DNA of 63,997 nt, filler included, from Aduncisulcus paluster (taxonomy: Eukaryota), in NCBI GenBank assembly GCA_024181965.1. It is 6 parts of 6 records of this genome, joined end to end, with 100 filler letters (N's around TTAATTAATTAA, not from the genome) between each part and the next. Parts side by side here need not be neighbours in the genome. Positions count along the whole stretch, not along the records: positions 20,199 to 26,040 come from BQXS01010967.1; positions 26,141 to 39,733 come from BQXS01010968.1; 4 more parts are not named here. One strand, 5' to 3'. Of the stretch, positions 22,792 through 35,100 are shown piece after piece (position 1 is the first letter of the stretch; every line of letters starts with the position of its first letter). The position numbers were made by a program, and so were the translations under genes. The notes under the pieces are model-generated. The model did no database searches, was not told the origin of the DNA, and saw only the letters and a list, made by a program, of their open reading frames with translations.

Positions 22792-24256
22792 TTATGCCAT
22801 CATATAGGTAGAGGTATCGATTTTATCAGGCAATTCCTTAATTTCAACGACAAATCTTTCCTGAACTTCCTTCAAAACTTTCTTCTCCTCCTCATTGCAG
22901 ACAAAGCTAATAGCAAGACCCTTAGTCCCGAATCTACCAGCTCTTCCAACTCTATGAAGGTAAGTATCACTGTCCTTGGGCATGTCATAATTAACAACAA
23001 TATTAACAGCCTTGACATCGACACCTCTGGCAAAAAGCTCAGTAGCGACAAGGATACGGCAAGCTCCAGCCTTGAAAGCATCGAACCTCCTCACTCTTTC
23101 ACTCTGACTCATGTGAGAATGCATAGTTTCAACCTTGTATTCCATATCGGCCAGCATCCTGCTGAGAGCCTTGCATCTGGGGACTGAGCTGACGAAAATA
23201 ACCAACTGAGAGAATGGAAGGGTGTCCAAGAGAGTAACGAGAGCCCTATTCTTACCCTCGGGCTTGAGATCCTTGAAATGCTGAAGGAGACCATCCAACC
23301 TGAGTTTGGATTGATCATCAACCTTGACTTCTCTGGGGTCCTTCATGTATGACTTGCAAACAGTCAAAGCATCTTCGGGGAGAGTGGCTGTGAACATCAT
23401 AACCTGTTTCTCTTCAGGACAGGCAGAGAAAATAGTATCGAGATCTTTTTTGAAAATATCACCTAAATTAAACATAAAATGGGATAAGGATCGACAAATT
23501 AACATAAATATTAAGATAAAAAGATAAATAAATAAATAAAAGATATTGATAGACGATAATTATGTGAGATATGAACAAATTCTTCTTTCAAAGACGAAAC
23601 GAGACGAAAATGAATAATACAAATCAGAAAGAGTTTAGAACGAACATACTAGAGCTAGATACGATTTTATCACACTCATCGACGACAAAATGTCTAACAG
23701 AAGAGACATCAATGTATTTTTTCTGGACAAGCTCGGCAGTTCTACCAGGAGTACCAACAATGATCTGAGGCTCACCACTCATCAACAAACGAGTTTGTTG
23801 CTTAATTGGGACACCACCAGTAACAACCATGGTACGGATAGTTGGGAGATGAGTTGAAAAACGGGCGAACTCACGGCTAATCTGGAGAGCAAGCTCACGA
23901 GTGTGGGCAAGGACGATACAAGCGACACTCTTCTTATCATAATCGACCAATTGGTTCAAAATGGACAAAACAAAAACGGCTGTCTTTCCAAGACCAGATT
24001 TTCCCTGGACAATCAGATCCTGGCCCAAAAGAGCGTGGGGAATCGAAGTGTTCTGCACTTCAGAGGGCTGCTCAAATCCAGCTTCGGTAATAGCTTTGCG
24101 AATGGGATCTTTGAGAAGGAAATCATTGAAAGAAGTTGAGTGAAGGGAGGCATAAGAACCTTTCACTTCTTGGGTCTTTTCAACGGGAGCTTCCTCCACA
24201 ATCTCTTCAGGAGCTTCATCAAAAGCAACAAGATCTAATAATTCTTGATCAGCCAT
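22792..24256 (-). CDS. SUB2: DECD-box RNA helicase UAP56/SUB2 (exons 23650-24256 and 22792-23462; 425 aa)
   Basis: GSYASLHSTSFNDFLLK, GFEQPSEVQ, GKSGLGKT, HTRELA, DECD, QVMMFTAT, YLHRVGRAGRFGTKG and a C-terminal ELPDKIDTSTYM. Confidence 0.95.
23463..23649 (-). other. 187-nt spliceosomal intron in UAP56
   Basis: GTATGT donor, T-rich interior and TTTAG acceptor. The spliced exons total 1,278 nt, in frame (DECDKIVSSSSDIFKKD). Confidence 0.9.
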
Positions 24257-24693
24257 TTTTTCTAGGTTATGCAAGGAAAATGGATTCTTAATCGAATATC
24301 ATGCCTCGAAATAATTATTGCTAGGTATGCAGCAAATTAAATTGATTTATCAATCCATTATTTTAAAATATTTCTGATTCTCCCGTATTATTTGTTTTGG
24401 CAACGTGGTCCTTGCGCTGTGCGCCTTGAAGTCCATTGCATAGTTATTCTCAGATTCGTTGTTGATATTATTAAATAGAACCATGAATTTTCTTTTTTGA
24501 TTTTTATATTCGCTTTTGTTTGTTGATCAATAGTGATACAATGTTTCTCTCCTATAGCATTGAAAGACTAATAATTTTGGATAATGATATAGAAAATTAT
24601 ATTGCACGAAATTATACATTTCAAATCAAAATAGTAAATATGAAATGATGCATGGGATAAACATTTTCAAAAATCAATCTCTATATTGTTACG

Positions 24694-26040
24694 ATGCCGC
24701 CTCTCACAAAGAAAGAAATTGTTAATTTATGCATTAAAAACAAATTATATAGGTCTCCAGAGCTAAATGATGTCTTATATTTACACTATCAAGGCTTTAG
24801 TAAGATTGCTGAATTGGAAGAATATACTGAGGTTAAAACTTTGTGGCTGGAAGGTAATGGACTTGTTACAATAGAAGGATTAGAACATCAAACAAAATTG
24901 AAGTGTTTATTTTTGCAAGAGAATTGTATCACAGATATTGAAGGGTTGGATACTTGTTCTGAGTTGCACACTTTGAATCTTGCGAATAATCAAATATCTA
25001 AAGTGACAAATCTTGGAAAACTTACAAAACTCCATACTTTGAATCTCTCTCACAATTGCCTTCAAAGTGCCGATGATCTTCGTGGTTTACTCGAGTGTCC
25101 CTCAATAACTTCGCTTGATCTTTCTCACAATCAGATTGATGATCCAAAAGTTATGGAAATTCTAACTTCAATGCCAAATTTGACTGTCTTATATATGACT
25201 GGAAATTCAGTTATCAATCACATCGATAGATACAGAAAAACTCTCGTGTCTAAACTTAAATATCTGAAATATCTTGATCAACGGCCAGTATTTCCTGATG
25301 AAAGGCGTTGTACGGATGCTTGGAGTGTTGGTGGTGTTGAAGCTGAAAGAGCAGAGCGTGAAAAGATTAGAGCTGAAGAGGAAGCCAAACATAAACGACA
25401 AATGGAAGGAATGCGGCGAATTCTTGAAGAAGGTCTTCGTAATAGGGCTATTCGTGAAGGTGTTGATCCTGAAGAATTCATCCGCGAATATTATATTGAT
25501 ATGTATGGCCCAAAGGCTGGTAAAGCTGTTGCCGATGGCCTTGACCCAGAGGATCTCTCAGAGGACGAAGAAGAGACAGAGGAGGAAATGGATTCAGATG
25601 AAGAAGAGAGGATATGGGCTGAGAAAGCTGAGGCCATTAAGAAGAAGGCACGAGAAAGGGCCAAAACAAGGGATAATCTCACCTCTGAAGTGACCGATAC
25701 CTGTCCTTGGGCATCAACAATCCCATCTTTAGATTCTTCTCTCCCTCCATGTTCCAAGAGTTCTGAGGTGTCTCAAGATCCAGTCATTACTCCCACATCT
25801 GAGCTTGCCAAGGAAAAGGATGATGAATCTGTAGCTTCATCGGCCACTGATTCTATTCCTGACCTTGAATACGTCACCGATGAAGAAGTGGAAAAGATGG
25901 AACAATCAAAGAAGAACAGTTGTACCGAAAAATTTACTTTTGATGATGATTTTGCCTTCGATGAAGACGATTCATCCTCGAACTCTGAAGGACAAGAAAC
26001 ACATGATTATGTGATCCAAGCTCCCAATAGATCCTCCATA
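24694..26040 (+). CDS. DNAAF1: Dynein axonemal assembly factor 1 (ODA7/LRRC50), 3'-partial
   Basis: [33 protein letters not shown]22-type LRRs, the LRRcap [21 protein letters not shown], and [10 protein letters not shown]. No stop occurs before the spacer. Confidence 0.92.
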
Positions 26041-26140
26041 NNNNNNNNNNNNNNNNNNNNNNNNNNNNNNNNNNNNNNNNNNNNTTAATTAATTAANNNN
26101 NNNNNNNNNNNNNNNNNNNNNNNNNNNNNNNNNNNNNNNN
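26041..26140. other. Artificial contig-joining spacer
   Basis: N-TTAATTAATTAA-N linker. Confidence 0.97.
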
Positions 26141-29100
26141 ACTGGACTTACTGCTCCAAATGGAGATTGTGCTGCTGGATACTATTGCCCTGGTAGTGCT
26201 ATTAGTGAAAAGGGTGACACTTTGTTACATGTTGACCCATACGAATGTCCTGTTGGTTATTACTGTGAAGAAGGTTCGTCGGCTCCTACCAAGTGTCCTC
26301 CAGGTGAGTATCAGGACGAGACTATGTCAGACACTTGCAAGACATGTCGGGCAGGTCAATATTGTGAGACCTCGGGTACCAGCTCCCCATCACGCTGTGA
26401 TCGTGGTACTTACTGTGACACTGGTGTTTCCACTCCTTCTGGTTCATGTCCTATCGGAACATACGATGCCTCAGACCCCTCCGATGAATATGGTCTGAGT
26501 GAGAGTGACGATTGTACTGACTGTGCTGGTGGTAAATACTGTGGTTCTACCGGACTCTACTATCATAGTTCTGATTCTTCTGGGCTTAGTGACTGTTCTG
26601 CAGGGTATTATTGTTTCAGTGGGTGTGCCGATGTCACTTGTTCAACTCCTACTGGTGGAGATACAATTGGTGGGGTGTGTCCAATTGGTCATTACTGTGA
26701 AACTGGGACTGAATTGCCTGAACCTTGTCCTGAGGGATCCTACAGAGCTACCGTCGGTGCTAAGAATGTTGATGGATGTTCCCAATGTGACGCTGGTTCT
26801 TATTGTGCTATCTCTGGTGGTTCAGATGTTTCAGGCCAATGTGCTGAAGGATATTACTGCCTTGGTGGTGCTACTTCTCCAACCCCAACTGATGGTGTGA
26901 CTGGAGATGAGTGTCCTGTTGGATCTTATTGTCCACTGGGTTCTTCTGCTCCTATTGAATGTGCCAAGGGATTTTATGCCCCTGAAACCAAGATGACAAG
27001 TTGTATTCGTTGTCCTCCTGGTACCTTCTGTCCCTCCACTGGAATGTCAGTTCCCACAGAGTGTGAGGCTGGAAATTATTGTCCAGGATACACTTACAGT
27101 AACAAAGAAATCGAGTGTAGCTCCACTCAGTACCAGGATGAGACTGGCCAAGAAGTGTGTAAGGAATGTCCTCCTGGGTATTATTGTATCAACGATCCTG
27201 TTACGCCAGAAATATGTCCTGCTGGTCAATACTGTCCTGCTGGATCTTCTCAGGGTGTCAATTGTCCCAGTGGATCATATAGTGCTGACACTGGTCTGTT
27301 TTCTGTTGAGCAATGTACTCCTTGTGACAAGGGATATTACTGTCCAGACGAGGGAATGGCATCTATCGTGAAGTCTGGAGCTTCAGCCACTACGGTTGCC
27401 TCTGGATATTACTGTGAATATGGATGTGCCACAGCCTACGCTGGATCTGTTGACAGTCGTGTGGAGAAAGATGGTGATGTTTGCCCACGTGGTTTTTATT
27501 GTCCTGGTGGAAGTGACAGTGAACTTGGAATGATCCCATGTCCCCCGGGAACCTACAATGCCTCTGAGAAAGGAACATCTCTCTCAGCCTGTTTGGCTTG
27601 TCCTGCTGGACAGTATTGTGAGGGTGAAGGTTTGGCTACAACGTCAGGACAATGTGGAATTGGATTCTACTGTTCTGGCAGTTCTACAACCAAGAATCCT
27701 ACTGGAGTGGCCGATGGTGGTGATATTTGTCCGGCAGGATACATGTGTCCCGAAGGATCGTCATCTCCTATCGCCTGTCCATCATCTCAATTCACGAGTG
27801 ATGAGGGTAATTCATCTTGTAGTGAGTGTCCATCAGGTTATTATTGTCCAACTGAAGCTGTGGATAGTCCTGTTGTGTGTCCAATTGGTAAGTATTGTCC
27901 TGCTCGTTCCTCTACTTATATTGAATGTCCTCTGGGAACAATGGGTCAGAGCACAGGTCTTGCATCCAAAGAGGAATGTGTGTCCTGTCCACCTGGAATG
28001 GCCTGTACAAGATCGGACGGTACTGTCTCATCGGGAGGTGAAGGTGCAGCTGACACTGGACCTGTTCCCTGTTCCGAGGGCTACTATTGTAAGGGAGGTG
28101 CTGACAGTGTCACCCCTAATTCTTCAGGTGTCAATGATATATGTCCTGCTGGATATTACTGTCCTGAACGTTCCTCTGAGCCGATTCGTTGTCCTGTTGG
28201 AACATACAACCCTGATAAAGGTTCCACCGATGAGTCTGCTTGTCTTTCTTGTAAGGCTGGTCATTATTGTGCCACGGCTGGTCTCTCTGGACCTACTGGT
28301 CTGTGTTTGGATGGATATTATTGTCCTGAAGAAGAGTGGATCACCACTGCTAGTCCTGGTGAGTTTATATGTCCCATGCATCATTATTGTCCCATCGGAT
28401 CGTCATATCCGACTCCTTGTCCAGCAGGGTCATACCAACCCCTCGAAGGTCCTGAACAGGATGCTACGTGTATCACTTGTCCCGCTGGATACGAATGTAA
28501 TGGTGCTGAGCCTGAGCCTTGTATTGCTCCCAAGTACTGTCCTTTGGGATCTCATTCAGGGAACTCCAAGGTGTGTTCTGAAGGAACTATTGGAATTATT
28601 GACTATGCCACGAGTGACAGCGTGAATTGTATTCCTTGCCCTCCTGGAAAGTATTGCCAGAATGGTGCGGAAGTTGGTGATTGTTCCAAGGGTTATGTCT
28701 GTGTAACTGGATCTGGTATTCCTAAGCCAACATCCCTCCCTTGGGGATACTCTTGTCCTCGTGGATACTACTGTCCTGAGGGAACCACTGTGCCTATTCG
28801 TTGTCCAGATGGTTTTTTCAGTACTAACACAACCATCATTGCAGAAACTGGTGAAGTTTATGCCTTCCTTGAGGAGCACTGTGAAATCTGTGCCGATGGA
28901 TATCTCTGCGATTCAACTGATTTGAGACTCTGCCCTCGTGGTTATTACTGTCCTGCTGGAGAGTCTTACGCTTGCCCTGCTGGAACATACAATTCCATTG
29001 AAGGTCAATACCTTGTCGATGCCTGTGTCTCCTGTCCCGCGGGATATATCTGCAATTCAATTGCCAACACTGATTACGATGGATTCCTTTGTCCAAGTGG

Positions 29101-32100
29101 ATACTATTGTCCCGAGGGAACTCAATCAGCAATGCCATGTGAAGGCGGTTCATACCGTGGAGCAACTGGTGGAAAGAGTCAAGGCGATTGTACGACCTGT
29201 CCTGCTGGATTCTTCTGTTCTGAAGGTTCTGTTGAGCCTGAAGAGTGTCCAGATGGAAGCTACTGTCCTGAAGGAGTTTCTGATCCCGTCTTATGTCCGA
29301 TTGGAACTTACGCATCTCCTATTCGTGTCGATAGCGAAGGCAATGTCTTGAGTTTGCACACCAGTCAAGATGACTCTTGTCTCACATGTCCGATTGGATA
29401 TTACTGTGCTGATCCAAAGCGTGAAGTTAAGCTTCCTTGTTCCGCTGGATATATTTGTACCGGAGGAAGTGTGACCCCTACTCCCAGAGTGACTGCTGAG
29501 GGTGGATATGTCTGTCCTGCTGGATATTACTGTCCAATGGAAGGTGATATTCCTCCCATGGCTCCTGTGCCATGCCCCGCTGGTACCTATGGAAAGTTTG
29601 ATGCTCAAGGGTATGAATCTGCATGTGTTCCATGTGAAAGCAACACATTTAATTATATTCCAGGTCAAACTACTTGCACCGACTGTGGGGATACTTCTTG
29701 GAGTGATCCAAATGCCATAGAATGTACTTGTACTGGTGTGAACCGTACTTTCAACCCTTCAAGCCAGAGCTGTGTCTGTGCCAGGGGATACATTGTTGAT
29801 GGAGATGTGGCAGACAGTTATGTTGATAGTATCAATGATTGTTCTCTGATTGTGTTCTCTCGATGCACCAGTGAAGAGAGCAGAGATGAGTTTGGAGGAT
29901 GTGTTGATAGTTCGTCAAATACAATAGTCTCAAACATTGCCCTCAAGAACTCTGTCAATGCCAACGGTGTTATATACAGCGATTATGCCATCAAGACTCT
30001 CATGAATGGTCTCGATTTCTCCTCTGAAATTGATGTTATGAGTGATGATGTTTCTCTTGGCAACATTATGTCAGAAGCCTTGTCCAAATTCAACTCTCAT
30101 TTCATTGACGGAGGAGTTGTTTTGGCTACAAATACTGACATCCGTGTTAATGCAAATTCGACATGTGTATCTGAATGTGGAGCCACTGGAGGTAGCTTCA
30201 ATGTCACTTTTGGAGTCTGTGAGTGTGATGTACAATCATCCCCTCTCGATGTCTGTGGTCTCGAGTGCAGAGATAGTGCCACTCAGATCACAATTCCATA
30301 CCTTGGTTCCATTGATACTAGTGCTCTAGTTGTCTCTGATACGCGTGATGGAGGAGTTAGTGAGAGTTTCTCAGCATCTCAACTGGCTAGCTACGGGTAC
30401 ACCGGAAGTGCTTTGTGTGAGAACGAAGTCGGTGAGTGTGATGTTTTCATTGTTGCTGTGGATACCGATGGTTTTACCGGTCATTACGATGCCACTGGTG
30501 AAGAAATTATTGATTTGCTGAAATCTTCTCGTGCTACTTTATCGCCAGCCAATTTCTCTCTTAAACAGCCTCTCCACTCATATTCTGCCTTCATTGAGCC
30601 CATGGCGGCCTCTGTGAAGCAAGAATCTGTTTATGTATCCACCAGTAGTACAGAGATTGGGGAAGAAGAGACTGTTTCCTTTGAGTTTTTGTCTCCCGTT
30701 TTTGATGATTCTGAGGTTTCTGATGTTATTTCCTCCAAGTCCTTCTCGACTGATGGAATCACACGTCCTGTGATGTGTGTTCCGCTCTATTCGACTATCT
30801 TGTTTGATGTTAGCAGTGGTGTTTATCCAATGTATGCCAGTACGAGTCTATTGAATGATAATCCTTCGTATGATACCGGATATCTCGAAGATATTGAGAG
30901 TGCCATGCTCAATCAGCTTAGTACCACTCTTGTTGGTGTTACCTTCAATCAGAGCGGACATTATGTATTTTCCACATCCGTTGATACATACAAACAGATG
31001 TTTTTACTTGTATCCGAATATGGTGAAGGTTGTCCATCGAATTATATTTCCTCGACCAATTCTGATAGTTTGGTTACTTTCAACTTTCCTCAGGTCATTG
31101 ACTCAACCCTTTTACTCACTCCTAATTGGACTCTGATCATTGTGTGTACATTGGTTGCCCTCTTGATTGTTATTCTCCTCATTGGAGGATTCTACCTTTT
31201 CTCAAGGGTATTGTGGGGTGATCCGATCTTTAACGAACCTTCTTACCGGTTGAATACCAAGTTCCAAGATTATGATGACTTTGCCTCGAAGGGTTCGAAT
31301 GTTCGTGTTGTGAAGAGAACAAGAAACACTGGTATCGTCGATCGGAAAACGATGGAATCTTGCAGTAAGGCTGCCAAGAAGAGGGATAACGAGGATGAAA
31401 AGGTTATCCTCGAGATATCAAAGGCAGAACGTGATAGGATGGGTAGAAACAATGAAAGTAATTTATTGCCTGATTTGAATAAGAAAAAGAAGAAGAGAGG
31501 TCGTAAGAATGCCACGGATGATCCTGAAAACGAAGCTTCTGAGCAGTTTGAGGATCTTGGGTCTTTGAAGAAAGGCGGAGAAACTGAGGGTTCGGAAGAT
31601 GTCCATAATCCCATTGCTGAACCTAAGGAAGGTGAAGAATTCCCAATCCCAATCGAGGGACAGCCCTCAGACCAACCACATCAAGATGCTGAGCATTCCC
31701 TTGGTGATCCATCTGCTTCTCACTCGAGAGGTGAAGAAGGTGAAGAAGGTGAAGAAGGTGAAGAAGGAGAGGTTAAGAAGTTTGATGGTCCCGTGGAAGG
31801 TGCTGAAGAGCATCTGCCTGCTTCGTTGATGTCTCTCTATCGTCTTGAGAGCTCTGTTAAGGATGGAGTTCTTGCTGCCTTGAAGTGCATTGATTGTGTG
31901 AGTCATGGTGACTTGGCTGGTGCTGGTATTAGTCTGAGACAATACCGATCTGGAACTGCCATTACATCCAAGAAACAGACTGGAGAGGAAGAGATATTCT
32001 CTCTTGACAAGAAGAATCCTTTCTTTGATAACACTAAACAGGTTGAACTCGAGAATTACTCCGCCTCTTCTGTGTTCGAGGATCTTAAGATGCATCTTGA

Positions 32101-35100
32101 CAGGCTTCAAATTCTCTTGAAGCACCATGGAATGATTAAGAAAGGAATGATGAAGGTTCTTGTGAAGAATGTTGAAGACTTGCAAGCATTTGTTTACTCT
32201 GACATGAAACAGATCTCTACAATCAGTGCTGATATCTCAGATATGACAATTGCTCGTTATAACGCTCAAAAGGAGAACCGTGAACAGATGCAGATTCAGC
32301 AACAGAGCCTCCAACAACGGCGGATGACCTCAATCCATCAATACGGTAGCATCAGACGTCCCTCTTCCTTGAGTGACATTAGTACTGGAACTGGCATCGA
32401 TAGTCGTCGTCCATCCGTTGCTTCACTTGCTTCTTCTCTCAGTGATGCTGGGGACGGAAGGAGGAAAGTGGTGAGTGCCAGGACAAACAAACCAGTCAAT
32501 TTGAAGTCTTTCTCGTTTATTCATGCTCAGTTGGCTAAGAATTACCTCCACCATCTGAAACTTATGCATTCTGGAATTATTGATCAATCCAAGCCTCGTA
32601 TGGCTGTTGTGGATAGAATTGGATTGAAGAAAGAGCAGATATTGATTGAATTTGCCGAGCTCTCCAATCTGTTGACTCTGATGGTTCAGAGTGGAGGAGG
32701 TATTGATCTTATTGACAGAGCTGTGTCCATGTGTAAAGGAATTACCAAACTTGAACGTGCCATTTCCAAGGATATGAAATCATTCGTGGCTACAAGTTCT
32801 TGCTTAGAAGTCCGTGAAACTGGAGTCTCTCTCCACGGTGCCCTATTGTGTGATAAGGAAGCTTCTCCCATTTCTGTGTCCAATCTCTTGACTGCTAAGG
32901 GAAGTGTGAAGCAAATCAGAGGTGTCAGTGAATTCAACACAACTATTGGAACTTATATGCCTGCTGTTGGTACTATCATCAAGTACCCTCCCTCAAAACC
33001 AACTCGTACAAGTTCTACCGTTAACGTCACAAAGGCCAACCAGCATTGCTTTGTAATTATGCCTCATAGTGGTCGTGTAGCACCTCTTTCTGCTGCTGTA
33101 TGTCTTGATTTGGGAACTTGTCAGACTGTTCTTATTGGGGACAACGGTGCTGCTGGAAAGATTCTCCTGGATTCCTCAAATGGAACTCCTATGCCCGTTG
33201 ATAAACGTGGAACTCTCCTGCCTGTCATCCCTCAGACCAGCGGATCTATTCTCCCTTCTAACCTCAGGGTAGGTGCCTGGAGACAATCTGCAACAATGCA
33301 TCGTGGAACTGAGTGTTTCGTAGTCGACAAGAAAACCAAGAAGGAGGTTCCTGTTGTCGCCTTTGTTCTCTCCATGGGTGGAAAGAAGCTTGTTCCCATT
33401 GGAGGAACCGTCAAGGATCCATTCACGAGCGAGACCTGTGGAATCTTGGAAGGTCAGGCCGTGTGTGTAAACATGGAGGAAGGTAATGTTGTGTCTGACA
33501 TCCATTCTTTCGTTGATAGGATCGAGAATGAGACTTCTGGAACTGACACTGATCCCATGAAACGTTTGGAATCCATTGTTCGTCGCAAAGAACACCCTGC
33601 TCTGAAAGATATTGCCGTGTTGCCCTGTCTTGGTGGTGTTTTGAATAAGAACGGAGAGTGCATTCCCGGTATCTGCATTGGAGGTCCAGTGAAAGTTGTT
33701 GGAGACGAAGAGGAAGAAGATGCTGATGATAAGAAGATGGGGAAGAAGAAAGGGAAATCTCATGGGGACAAGAAGAGGAAAGGGAAGTCTAGCTCAAAAT
33801 CAGCAAACAGGAGATCCTCTTTGGTTCAATCTTCAGGTCCCGATGAGGCTGATGAGCTTGAATCTAAACGTCAACTTGATACTGTGTCCGAAGAAGAGGA
33901 AGACGAAGAAGAATCATCCGATTATGGAACTCACAGCTCTCATGTTGATCACCTGGGCTCTACGTCCTCCGATAAGTTTGTGTATTCTTTGAATTCTTAC
34001 ATGTTCGCTTCAAAGATGCAAAATGGTGCCACCATGGGATGCGGGGGTGTCTGTGTTTCCCACTGTATCAGCATGAAGAGTAGTCCTTTCTCAAAGCTCA
34101 TCAAGACTTGGAGGAAAGAGGAAGAGGATGAGATGGATGCTAAGATGAAACAAGCACAGAAGGAACGTGAATCAAGGTTGAGCACTGATTCTGTGAGTGT
34201 GTTGGATGAGCCAGTCGAGGTCCCAATGACTCCCCAGATGAAAGCGATGATGCCTCACATGGCTCTCCCTATGTTCGGTGGACACATGACCATGCATGAT
34301 GCGGGTGTTGTCAGTATGAGCAAAGACTTTGCTCAATCTGTACGTTCTGCTGTGATAAAGATGGAATTGGGCTTGGAAGATCTCAAGAAACAGCGTAAAT
34401 CTAGATCTGATGATGATGATGCTGATGGTGCTGACACGTCCATCCTCTCTTCTCTCTCTTCTGCCCTTGCCAACCAATCGTTTGTGTTGGGTGCTGCTTC
34501 CACCTTGTTGGACCGAGAAGTTGGACGTCTTACCAATTACTGGCGTTTCCATTCCAACAATGTGGAGTATCAGATTGATGTTATCACAAGGTCTCTCGAC
34601 CCCTCTGACTTGCTCTCATCTGTTGTTCAAAGGCCTTCCACTCCTGCACAGGCATTGTTCCATTTATCTTCACTTCAACCTTTGCACCCGTCTTCCATAC
34701 ATGCCCTTCCCCCTCCCACAGCTGCTGATATCCGCAACACCATGCAGGATGAGCTTGAGAGCATTGAGAGACATCGTGGTGCTCTTGGAGACATTCTCAA
34801 CAACATCCACAAGGAAGAACAGGCCCTGGTTCTGCGTATGAAGGAACTTGGTGTCAGTGGGGCTGGAGATGCCTCCGAAGAAGCCCGTGAGAGTATGCTT
34901 GCTCAGTTCCAGGCACTTAAGGGTGAGATTGAACGTCTCCGTCACGAGGCTGATGATGAGAGACGTCGACGGGATGATTCTCGTGCAGGTCTTGAAGGAA
35001 ATGGCATTCTTTCAATCCCTGCACTGAGACCCGTCATGTTCTCTCTCGTCAAACAAGATGAACGGGAGCAAGATCAGATTCGTGATCTCCTCGAGCATCT

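Noticed and set aside
26160-29720. Long alternative-frame ORFs (e.g. 27558-28625) overlapping the Cys-repeat gene
   Set aside because: They are V/L-rich by-products of T-ending codon bias in the repeats, with no independent motifs.
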